Below, one piece after another: positions 14,213-24,850 of a DNA stretch of 64,000 nucleotides (positions are counted from its first letter, which is position 1; every line of letters begins with the position of its first letter). The notes below the pieces were generated by a model. It was given only the letters and a program-made list of their open reading frames with translations. It was not told the origin of the DNA and ran no database searches. A program made the position numbers and the translations under genes. The stretch lies in contig NIVC01001317.1 in the NCBI GenBank assembly GCA_002269645.1, forward strand, positions 124,001-188,000, in the 5' to 3' direction. Source of the stretch: Macrostomum lignano (Eukaryota).

Positions 14213-17052
14213 ATGAAGGTGAAGCTGCTATTGCGCAATCCGCAGGATTATCTGCGCGAAACAGCCGACGATATTCACAAATTGGCGCGTAACCCGGCGC
14301 CAGAGCTGCACCCGATGTCAGCCGAGACTGAGTATGTTCGGGCACTGAACGCGGCCAAGCTGGAGAGGATGTTTGCCAAACCGTTTCTCGGCTGTTTCGG
14401 CGATCAGGGCGACCAGCTTAGCCGCGTGTGCATGCATCCGCGAGCGCTCAGTCTGTGCCTCAGCGGCTGCGTTGACGGGCGGGTGGCCTTCTGGAATATT
14501 CCCAGGCGGAGCCGCGTGCTGCAGCTGGATGCGCACTCCGGATGCGTGCAGGTGGGTGCTCTGCTATAGTCTACAGTTACCTCTTTGTAGCACCTAACCA
14601 ACTACTGTGTCTAATAGCTATCTTTGTTTAATAGCTATCCGTGTCTAACAGCTATCCGTGTCTAACAGCTATCTTTCTCTAACAGCCATCTTTCTCTAAC
14701 AGCTATCCGTGTATCTAACAGCTATCCGTGTGTCTAACAGCTATCCGTGTATCTAACAGCTATCCGTGTATCTAACAGCTATCCGTGTATCTAACAGCTA
14801 TCCGTGTGTCTAACAGCTATCCGTGTATCTAACAGCTATCCGTGTATCTAACAGCTATCCGTGTGTCTAACAGCTATCCGTGTATCTAACAGCTATCCGT
14901 ATCTAACAGCTATCTGTTTTAACCGTGTCTAAAGGCTATTAAGCTGTCCATAACAAACACTTACTTCCTTAAACCACCAACCACCTCGCAGGGCCTGTGC
15001 TGGCATCCCGAGCAGGACCTGTTCTATTCCTGCTGCGACACCGACCGCACCTTGAAGGCTTGGCGCGTCGGCGACGACCTCACCGAATTCAGCCGGCCAG
15101 TCAGCCAGCGGCATCTGGACTTCGCTCCCCTGAATCTGGACCACCACGTCAGCAAGGACCTGTTCGCACTGTCCGGTGACGCTGTGTACTTATACGATAG
15201 CAGGCGCTCTGATCCCGTTGGCCAATGGAAATGGGGCTCGGACTCCGTGCTGCAGGCTCGATTCAATCCTACCGAGTGGCACCTGCTGGCGGCCGTTACT
15301 AAGGACAACGCGCTGTTGCTGATTGACACCCGGCAGAGGGAGCCGTTGAGGCGAATCCGTTGCGAGTTCCGGCAGAATGCGCTGTGCTGGAACCCCCAGG
15401 TGGGTTGGGTTGGTTGCTAAGGTTGCTGCGTAGTGCTTGGGAACCAGTTACACCGCTGTCACATTCCATGGTCACAACAGACAGACGGTGACACACCACG
15501 CTCACATTATATGGTCACACTCAGGGTCACATTTAACAGGTAATTGTATTTTAAGGTCACATCAAACAGACAGTCACATTCCACGGTCACATCAGATAGA
15601 CAGTCACATTCCACGGTCACATCAGATAGACAGTCACATTCCACGGTCACATCAGATAGACAGTCACATTCCACGGTCACATCAGATAGACAGTCACATT
15701 CCACGTTCACATCAGATAGACAGTCACATTCCACGGTCACATCAGATAGACAGTCACATTCCACGGTCACATCAGACAGACAGTCACATTCCACGGTCAC
15801 ATCAGATAGACAGTCACATTCCACGGTCACATCAGATAGACAGTCACATTCCACGGTCACATCAGACAGACAGTCACATTCCACGTTCACATCAGATAGA
15901 CAGTCACATTCCACGGTCACATCAGATAGACAGTCACATTCCACGGTCACATCAGATAGACAGTCACATTCCACGGTCACATCAGATAGACAGTCACATT
16001 CCACGATCACATCAGATAGACAGTCACATTCCACGATCACATCAGATAGACAGTCACATTCCACGGTCACATCAGATAGACAGTCACATTCCACGTTCAC
16101 ATCAGATAGACAGTCACATTCCACGGTCACATCAGATAGACAGTCACATTCCACGGTCACATCAGACAGACAGTCACATTCCACGGTCACATCAGATAGA
16201 CAGTCACATTCCACGGTCACATCAGATAGATAGTCACATTCCACGGTCACATCAGATAGATAGTCACATTCCACGGTCACATCAGATAGACAGTCACATT
16301 CCACGGTCACATCAGATAGACAGTCACATTCTACGGTCACATCAGATAGATAGTCACATTCCACGGTCACATCAGATAGATAGTCACATTCTACGGTCAC
16401 ATCAGACAGTCACACTTCACAGTGACATTCTGCAACTCTCAAAGCCGATTCCAATACCCAGGAGCCGTTCGTGCTGGCCACAGCTTCAGACGACTACAAT
16501 CTGTACTCTTGGGACGCTCGCCGGCTGGCTTCGCCGGCATGCGTTTACCGCGGCCACACCAACGCAGCCATGGACGTCGATTTTGCGCCAACTGGCCGAG
16601 AGCTGGTCTCAGCTAGCTACGATTGCACCGTGCGCCTGTGGGAGTCCGGCCGGAGCCAGTCCCGCGACGTCTATCACACCAAGCGAATGTACCGAGTGTT
16701 CGCCGCTCGCTACAGCCTAGACGCTCGGTTCATTGTCACGGCTAGCGCAGATTTCAATTTGCGCCTATGGAAAGCGCGCGCCTCCGAAAAGTTAGGCGCG
16801 TTAACGCCGCGCGAACGGGCGGCAGTCAATACAGCCGAGGCTTTGAAACAGAAATACGCGCACCATCCGCAGGTGAGGCGGATTGTACAGCACAGGCACC
16901 TGCCCAAGCGGCTGTACCAGGCCCAGCTAGAAATGAAAGCGATACGCGGCAAGCAGCGCCGGAAGGAGGTGAACAGGCGCGAGCACCGCGGCGAGGACAA
17001 GGAGCCATTCGTGCCTGAGAGAGATCGACACGTTCGAGGGGTCGACGAGTAA
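14213..17052 (+). CDS. DCAF13: DDB1- and CUL4-associated factor 13 / Sof1 (WD40, SSU processome); join(14213..14551,14992..15399,16462..17052), 445 aa
   Basis: Starts MKVKLLLRNPQDYLRE, then LNAAKLERMFAKPF, WD40 repeats and a C-terminal Sof1 domain (YAHHPQVRRIVQHRHLPK). Both introns are phase-0 GT-AG and keep the frame. Confidence 0.95.
14610..14925. repeat. ~19-20-bp minisatellite (ctaacagctatccgtgtat) in DCAF13 intron 1
   Basis: Tandem copies read directly in the sequence. Confidence 0.9.
15555..16410. repeat. 30-bp minisatellite (cagtcacattccacggtcacatcagataga) in DCAF13 intron 2, ~28 copies
   Basis: Exact 30-nt period is visible in successive 60-nt lines. Confidence 0.95.
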
Positions 17053-17129
17053 ACCAATGATGCAAACTCAATGACAGATTCTAAGGGATTAGTGGCATTT
17101 TTTCAAATTAGGTCTCTGGAAAACCTTCC

Positions 17130-17640
17130 ACTCAGCACTGAGTCACTGGGAAATCTCTCAGCACTGAGTCACTGGGAAATCTCCCCTCTCAGCACTGAGT
17201 CACTGGGAAATCTCTCCATGAGTCACTGGGAAATCTCCCCTCTCAGCACTGAGTCACTGGGAAATCTCTCCATGAGTCACTGGGAAATCTCCCCTCTCAG
17301 CACTGAGGCACTGGGAAATCTGCTATTCAGCACTGAGTCACTGGGAAATCTCTCCACTCAGCACTGAGTCTCTAAGAAATATCCTATTCAGCACTGAGTC
17401 ACTGGGAAATCTGCTATTCAGCGCTGAGTCACTGGGAAATTTTATTTAGCACTGAGTCACTGGGAAATCTGCTATTCAGCGCTGAGTCACTGGGAAATTT
17501 TATTTAGCACTGAGTCACTGGGAAATATCTCCACTCAGCAATGAGTCTCTAGGAAATCTCCCCACTAAGCACTGAATCACTTAGAAATCTCCACAGTCTG
17601 CACTGAGTCTCTGGGAAATGGCCGCCCACTCAGCACTCAG
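17130..17640. repeat. Variable-length minisatellite (cagcactgagtcactgggaaatct...) downstream of the DCAF13 stop
   Basis: Repeated core cagcactgagtcactgggaaat with variable linkers. Confidence 0.85.
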
Positions 17641-18260
17641 TACTGAGTTGAAGTACTAAGTTCAATACTGCTTATAGACGTCATCTGTTCGTAATATTGT
17701 GCGAATCTGCATTTGCTAAAGCACGTTTCCCTAGCTATTGTTGTCATTAATTTCTAATGCGGTGCGTTTTTTATTGCATTGGCTAATAATGATCGAGATG
17801 ACAAATTGGTTGTAAAAATATATTCTATTCACGAGTATCAGACAGTTTGGCTTGCGATCCTGTCTGAACTGCTAGAGCACTTCAATTCAACCGACTCAAA
17901 TTACTAAGAGAAAATTTGCTATTAATATCTTTTGGTTCTGTAATTTGTTTCTAAAACTCTTTTCAACACATTTTTATATTTTTGGTAGATTATTATTCTT
18001 CGTTGGATAACCAAGCTATTTGCACTACTAAAATCCAGTTTTTAGTAGTATGTAGTAGGCACTATCTATCCAGTTATAGTAGGATCGTGTGAATTTTAAC
18101 GTTATAATCTATTATTTTGTAGATTAATGAAAACTTTAATTCTAGGTGGATTTCCTAACTACACTACTGACTGGCCTCTGACTAGTAGGATTGTAAGGCA
18201 ATCTAGTTCATTTTTCCGTAAATACGAGAAACAAAAAAAACAACACAAAAATGATTCAAG

Positions 18261-20607
18261 GATCTCGTATTCCTCGGCACCGGTTCGTCATTTCCGGCGC
18301 CTCACCGGCACACGGCCTGTCTCGCTGTCAGGTTCCACGCCGACGGCGACTGCTGGCTGGTTGACTGCGGCGAGTCCGCCCAGGTTCAACTGGTCAGATC
18401 TGGCCTGGACAGGCGGCGGGTCAGCCGCATTGCCGTCACTCACCTGCACGGCGATCACACCTACGGCCTGCCCGGCCTGCTCAGCACCGTGGCGGGACGG
18501 GCAGCTCCCGACAGCACGCTGGAGGTGGTTGGACCGTCCGGCATTCGTCAGCTGCTGCGCACCAGTCTGGCTCTGACGCGAACTGACGCCCGGAACGGCG
18601 TCCGGCTGCGCCTGCGGGAGCTGGCCGGCGTGCCGTCGCTAATGCCGCCCAGTAGCCCGGGCTCGGCCGAGCTGGAAAATTTGATCCTGCGGGCTCCCGA
18701 GTTCCCGCCTCTGCCCTACGAGGATGTGACGGAGCCTGTGAGTCTGCGGCCTGGTGCATTTCAGTCTTGTTCATTTCCATTGGCTCATCATTGGCTGATC
18801 ATTCTGAACACTAGTACGTTTATTTATCTTCTGTTTATTCACGGTCTGTTTATTCACGGTCTGTTTATTCACGGTCTGTTTATTCACGATCTGTTTTTCA
18901 AGGTCTGTTTATTCACGGTCTGTCTATTCACGGTCTGTTTATTCACGGTCTGTTTATTCACGATCTGTCTTTTCACGGTCTGTCTATTCACGGTCTGTTT
19001 ATTCACGATCTGTTTATTCACGGTCTGTCTATTCACGGTCTGTCTATTCACGGTCTGTTTATTCACGGTCTGTTTATTCACGGTCTGTTTATTCACGGTC
19101 TGTTTATTCACGGTCTGTCTGTTCACGGTCTGTCTTTTCGTGACCTATTAATTCACGGTCTGTTTATTCATGACTGTTTTTACGATCTGTTTATTCAGTC
19201 TGTCTACTCACAGTCTGTTTATTCGCCGTCTGTTTATTCACGGTCTGTTTATTCACGATCTGTCTTTTCACGGTCTGTTTATTCACGTTCTGTTTATTCA
19301 CGATCTGTCTTTTCACGGTCTGTCTATTCACGGTCTGTTTATTCACGGTCTGTTTATTCACGTTCTGTCTTTTCGTGACCTATTAATTCACGGTCTGTTT
19401 ATTCATGACTGTTTTTACGATCTGTTTATTCAGTCTGTCTACTCACAGTCTGTTTATTCGCCGTCTGTTTATTCACGGTCTGTTTATTCACGATCTGTCT
19501 TTTCACGGTCTGTTTATTCACGGTCTGTTTATTCACGGTCTGTCTATTCACGGTCTGTCTATTCACGGTCTGTCTATTCACGGTCTGTCTATTCACGGTC
19601 TGTCTATTCACGGTCTGTTTATTCACGGTCTGTTTATTCACGATCTGACTATTCACAATCTGTCTATTCACGGTCTGTTTATTCACGATCTGACTATTCA
19701 CGGTCTGTCTATTCACGGTCTGTCTATTCACGGTCTGTTTATTCACGGTCTGTTTATTCACGATCTGACTATTCACGGTCTGTTTATTCACGGTCTTTCT
19801 GTTCCTGACCTGTTTATTCACGTTCTGTCTGTTCACGGTCTGTCTTTTCGTGACCTATTCATTCACGGTCTGTTCATTCACGGTCTGTTTATTCACGGTC
19901 TGTCTATTTACGGTCTGTTTATTCACGGTCTGTTTTTACGATCTGTTTATTCAAGGTCTGTTTTTTTACAGTCTGTCTATTCACGGTCTGTTTATTCACG
20001 TTCTATTTATTTACGATCTGTTTATTCGCGTCTACTTATTCCTCTTTATATATTACTGCCCGCTAGTAGGATGTGGCTATTTAAGTAGCATACAGTTAAC
20101 TTACACATTCAAAAAATGCATCTGTTTCTCTCCAACTCGCAGATCCAATGCGCTGCACCCGACGGCGGCGGCATCTGGCGAGTTTGCGACCGCCTCAGCG
20201 CCGCCCCGCTGCGCCATCGAATCCCCTGCGTTGGCTACCGCATCGACATTGGCGGGCCAGTCCTGGCTGTTCTGGGCGACACCTGCGACTCCCAGCTAGC
20301 CGAGTCGCTCTGCCGCGGTGTCGACTGTCTTGTACACGAGGCCACGGTGGGCGAGTCGCGCCGAGATTCCTGCGTGTCCAGTGGCCATTCAACTCCGGCT
20401 ATGGCCGCTGAGTTCGCCTGCCGAGTGGGCGCCAAGGCTCTGGTGCTCAATCACTTCAGTCCGCTGCTGGACAATGCCGGCGTCGCCCGTCTGCTTGCCG
20501 AAGGTCGGGCAGCCGCGGCCGGCCGTCTGCCGGTGTTTGCGGCCGACGAGCTGCGCGTCTTCCAGCTGACTGATCAGGGAGGGCTGGTGTGCTCTGATCC
20601 GCACTGA
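18261..20607 (+). CDS. ELAC1: Short-form RNase Z (ELAC1-like metallo-beta-lactamase); join(18261..18737,20143..20607), 313 codons with no genomic start codon
   Basis: Motifs DLVFLGTGSS, LVDCGE, THLHGDH (HxHxDH), HRIP, LGDT, HEAT, HST, NHFS and AADE. Donor gtgagt at 18738; acceptor cgcag at 20142. In-frame TGA at 18252-18254 and no in-frame ATG before 18261. Confidence 0.85.
18830..20030. repeat. 15-bp minisatellite (ctgtttattcacggt) filling the RNase Z intron, with an internal ~235-bp higher-order duplication
   Basis: Tandem units read directly. A variant block near 19135-19370 recurs near 19370-19510. Confidence 0.9.
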
Positions 20608-20884
20608 TCAGGGAGGGCTGGTGTGCTCTGATCTGCACTGATCAGGAAGTGCTGGTGTGCTCTGATCCGCACTGATCAGGGAGGGCTGGTGTGCTCTGAT
20701 CCGCACTGATCAGGGAGGGCTGGTGTGCTCTGATCCGCACTGATCAGGGAGGGCTGGTGTGCTCTGATCCGCACTGATCAGGGAGGGCTGGTGTGCTCTG
20801 ATCCGCACTGATCAGGGAGGGCTGGTGTGCTCTGATCCGCACTGATCAGGGAGTGCTGGTGTGCTCTGATCCGCACTGATCAGA
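20570..20884. repeat. 34-bp tandem repeat (ctgatcagggagggctggtgtgctctgatccgca), ~9 copies, overlapping the RNase Z stop codon
   Basis: Unit starts at 20570 and 20604. The stop TGA at 20605-20607 lies at the start of unit 2. Confidence 0.95.
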
Positions 20885-21028
20885 TGGCGTAATGATGCAG
20901 TAGCAATCGCTCTGTGTATGAGCAAAAAGATGTAGATAATCAGTATGCATGAGCAGTATGTATGAGCAAATAGCTTACGAGCTCTTGCAAAGGTAATATA
21001 TTCGGCCTGTAACTTTCCAGTTCGTATT

Positions 21029-21034
21029 AATAAA
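21029..21034 (+). promoter_or_regulatory. Candidate poly(A) signal AATAAA for the RNase Z transcript
   Basis: Canonical hexamer downstream of the 3' repeat. Positional inference only. Confidence 0.3.
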
Positions 21035-21361
21035 TGTTACTTTCATTCATTAAGTCAGCTTACAGATAAACGCCTTTAACTGTACACTTACTGTATCTGA
21101 TCATTCATTCCAATTAAATGTCGAGGAGCAGTACTTATATTGATATCGTATTTATTGTACTTATTGATTTTTCCTAAGCTGATTTTCTACAGATTTCTTT
21201 CAGTATATTTAGTTCCCTCAAGTGCCTATCTTTCACATTTTTACTTCAAGCTCTACGATGTACTCATGCCAATAAATCACTTGGCCCTAATCGCAATAAA
21301 TGGTCCTCTTAATTATAAAATTTGCTTTCGGCTAGTCGTTAAAATCCTTTGTGGTATCAAC

Positions 21362-22146
21362 GTACAGTAGTACAGGCTATCAATGTACAGTAGTGTAGGC
21401 TATCAATGTACAGCAGTGCAGGCTATCAATGTACAGCAGTGCAGGCTATCAATGTACAGTAGTACAGGCTATCAATGTACAGCAGTGCAGGCTATCAATG
21501 TACAGCAGTGCAGGCTATCAATGTACAGCAGTGCAGGCTATCAATGTACAGCAGTGCAGGCTATCAATGTACAGCAGTGCAGGCTATCAATGTACAGCAG
21601 TGCAGGCTATCAATGTACAGTTCAAAGTACAGTAGTGCAGGCTATCAATGTACAGCAGTGCAGGCTATCAATGTACAGTTCAATGTACAGCAGTGCAGGC
21701 TATCAATGTACAGTAGTTCAGGCTATCAATGTACAGCAGTGCAGGCTATCAATGTACAGTAGTGCAGGCTATCAATGTACAGCAGTGCAGGCTATCAATG
21801 TACAGCAGTGCAGGCTATCAATGTACAACAGTGCAGGCTATCAATGTACAACAGTGCAGGCTATCAATGTACAGCAGTGCAGGCTATCAATGTACAACAG
21901 TGCAGGCTATCAATGTACAACAGTGCAGGCTATCAATGTACAGCAGTGCAGGCTATCAATGTACAGCAGTGCAGGCTATCAATGTACAGCAGTGCAGGCT
22001 ATCAATGTACAGCAGTGCAGGCTATCAATGTACAGCAGTACAGGCTATCAATGTACAGCAGTGCAGGCTATCAATGTACAGCAGTGCAGGCTATCAATGT
22101 ACAGCAGTACAGGCTATCAATGTACAGCAGTGCAGGCTATCAATGC
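21362..22146. repeat. 23-bp minisatellite (caggctatcaatgtacagcagtg) directly upstream of EXOSC3
   Basis: Roughly 33 tandem units ending about 10 nt before the ccgcag acceptor at 22156. Confidence 0.95.
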
Positions 22147-22165
22147 ACACCCGCAGCAATCCACA

Positions 22166-23628
22166 ATGGAAGTTGCCGACGCTAAAAAGCTCATCAATCG
22201 CGACCCCGATGAAGACTTCGGCGAGGAGTCCATGGAGGAGGGCGAAGAAGCCGACGATGCCGCCGACGGCGACGTCGAACGGCTGCTGCTGCCCGGCGAC
22301 TTGGCCTTCAGCGAGCCGGCCGGCTCCGATGCCAAGTGCGTGCTGGGCGTGGGTCTCCGGGCGCTATTAAGCAACGACGATTCTATTGAGTTCGAAGTTC
22401 GAGCCACTCGGTCAGGCTACCTGCGACAGCGCGGCCGCAGCTTCTGGCTGGACTGCCCGGGTGGTCGATATCAGCCGGCGCGCGGCGACTGCGTCATCGG
22501 TGTGGTGGCCCGCCGGTCTATGGGCGACGCAGTGCTGGTGAGTGATGGTGGTGCTGCTGCTGCTGCTGGCCTGAAGACAGCTAGGCAGACAGATAGGCAC
22601 TAAAGAAATTCATTAAAGCAGACACTGAGGCAAACACTGAGACAGGCACTGAGACAGACACTGAGACAGACACTGAGACAGACACTGAGACAGACACTGA
22701 GACAGTCACTAAAACAGGCACTGAGGCAAACACTGAGACAGGCACTGAGACAGATACTAAGACAGACACTGAGACAGACACTGAGACAAACATTGAGACA
22801 GACACTGAGACAGACACTGAGACAGACATTGAGACAGACACTGAGACAGACACTGAGACAGACATTGAGACAGACACTGAGACAGACACTGAGACAGACA
22901 TTGAGACAGACACTGAGACAGACACTGAGACAGACACTGAGACAGACACTGAGACAGACACTGAGACAGACATTGAGACAGACACTGAGACAGACACTAA
23001 GACAGACATTGAGACAGACACTGAGACAGACACTGAGACAGTCACCTTAGGCAGGCCGCACATAAGGCGGACAGACGCACACAAAGTGACTGAGTCACAT
23101 CAGACAGTCAGACAAGCAGTGAGTGAGTCATACTACAAGCTGCACGCAACCCCATCGCAGGTGGACATCGGCAGCTCTGAGCCGGCCAGCCTCAGCTTGC
23201 TCAGCTTCGAGAACGCCACCAAGCGCAACCGGGCGGATGTCCGACTTGGCGACTTGGTCTACGCCCGCCTGGCCCGCTGCGACCCCGGCCTCGAGCCCGA
23301 GCTCGTCTGCGTGGACTCGAACGGCCGGTCGGACACCCTGGGCGTTGTCGGCCGCGACTCCGGGACGCTGGTTGTTGTGCCGCCGTCGCTTGCCAGACGC
23401 CTGCTGACCGATAAGCGGCGACTGCTGGGCCTGCTGGATCAGCTGGGCAAATGCGAAGCCACCGTTGGCCTGAACGGCCGCCTGTGGCTCTGCGGCTCGT
23501 CCTGGCCGCACACAGTTGCCATGACCGGTGCAGTGGCCTCGTTTCACCAGCGCCCGGACGAGGAGTGCCAAAAATTGGTGGCCGAAATGCAGCGGACTTT
23601 GGGCCTTGGCAACGGCGTTCGGAGCTGA
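22166..23628 (+). CDS. EXOSC3: Exosome complex component RRP40; join(22166..22537,23161..23628), 279 aa
   Basis: YQPARGDCVIGVV, VDIGSSEPASLSLLSFENATKRNR, VRLGDLVYAR, EPELVC and VGLNGRLW (S1 + KH domains). Donor gtgagt at 22538; acceptor cgcag at 23160. Confidence 0.93.
22617..23045. repeat. 12-bp minisatellite (gacagacactga) in the EXOSC3 intron
   Basis: Tandem units read directly. Confidence 0.95.
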
Positions 23629-24144
23629 TCGCCTGTGAATGGTTTCCATGGTAACGCCCGTATTTCTTCGATATGTTTTGTAGGGACAGCCAGTTAGCCA
23701 ACCTGGGGGGACAGAGCAGCGACTGTCTGGCTCCGCGACTCCTGATTCGATTCCGTGCGCTATCGTCCGTCTCCATGGTAACTGCTGCCGGGATGCTGTT
23801 TCTTTTGGCAACACATTTATATTTACTGTTCCCATAGCAACGGCATTCGGTTTCTTTGGCGACTGTTTATCTGTATCAATAATTGTCATCTAGACCATCG
23901 CTGCGTTCAGCGTTTCATCTCAGCAGTTCAAGTCTGTTTTACGCTTGTATCCCATTATCAAACTTATTAAAATGCATTTCGTACGCTAGCCCAAAACACA
24001 AGTGTGAGACTGCAGCTTGCTTAATTCATTGACTTGATAAGATCACAGTGTCTAACTAAGACTGTAGCGTTTTTGTTTCATTTCAGCTGTTTATTTCGAA
24101 TTTTCTGTTTGGTTCCCAAGATTGCATTGTAGTGGAGCTGAGGT

Positions 24145-24520
24145 GTCGGAAGTTGTGACTGTTGCGGAAGTTGTGACTGTTGCGGAAGTTGTGACTGTTG
24201 CAAAAGTTGTGACTGTTGCAGAAGTTGTGACTGTTGCAGAAGTTGTGACGGTTGCGGAAGTTGTGACTGTTGCAGAAGTTGTGACTGTTGCAAAAGTTGT
24301 GACAGTTGCGGAAGTTGTGACAGTTGCGGAAGTTGTGACTGTTGTGGAAGTTGTGACTGTTGCAAAAGTTGTGACTGTTGCAAAAGTTGTGACGGTTGCG
24401 GAAGTTGTGACTGTTGTGGAAGTTGTGACTGTTGCAAAAGTTGTGACTGTTGCAAAGTTGTTCAGGTTGTGGAAGTTGCGACGGTTGCGGAATTTGTGAC
24501 GTTTGCGGAAGTGGTGTCGG
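24145..24520. repeat. 18-bp minisatellite (gttgtgactgttgcggaa) between the convergent EXOSC3 and CCDC113 3' ends
   Basis: About 20 tandem units. Confidence 0.9.
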
Positions 24521-24850
24521 TTGTTAGCTAATACGAGCTATGCTGTAAACAGTTATAAATGTTACTTGTAAACTTGTACACTTTCAAGTCCCTGAGTTTG
24601 ATCTATTAATAATGAATACAAGGAAGACGAAAGCAATGATTTAGTTGTAAATATTTTAAAAGGCTGTGCAATTTCTGTTTGGTAGTTTACATAATAGAGT
24701 ATTCTCTACACGTAACTAAAAACAGTGGCATACCATTTGTGCATAAGTCTTAGTTTACGAGCTAAAATCTGCATGATTATAGGACAATAGTTTTGGTAAT
24801 TTTAGGCTTCGCGTCTTGTCCTGAAGCTTTGTCTTCATCAGTTCAGACTA

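Noticed and set aside
15437-16720. 427-aa, 297-aa and 229-aa repeat ORFs (SHIPRSHQID etc.)
   Set aside because: They are translations of the 30-bp minisatellite inside DCAF13 intron 2; the spliced model gives a normal 445-aa protein.
17768-17782. tttattgcatt as a spliced-leader RNA gene fragment
   Set aside because: Too short, does not end in ATG followed by a GT donor, and has no Sm site or stem-loops.
18252-18254. TGA read-through or selenocysteine upstream of RNase Z
   Set aside because: No in-frame ATG close upstream and no SECIS-like element recognised.
18127-18576. ORF starting MKTLILGG as the RNase Z start
   Set aside because: Wrong frame relative to the HxHxDH motif. Splicing from the gt at 18146 to 18261 also gives the wrong frame.
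15555-22146. Regular 23-34-bp arrays resembling CRISPR repeats
   Set aside because: The units are head-to-tail with no unique spacers, there are no cas genes, and the context is eukaryotic.
23128-23889. 253-aa and 191-aa antisense ORFs over EXOSC3, and similar ones over DCAF13, CCDC113, CK2 and ZNFX1
   Set aside because: Shadow ORFs of GC-rich coding exons.
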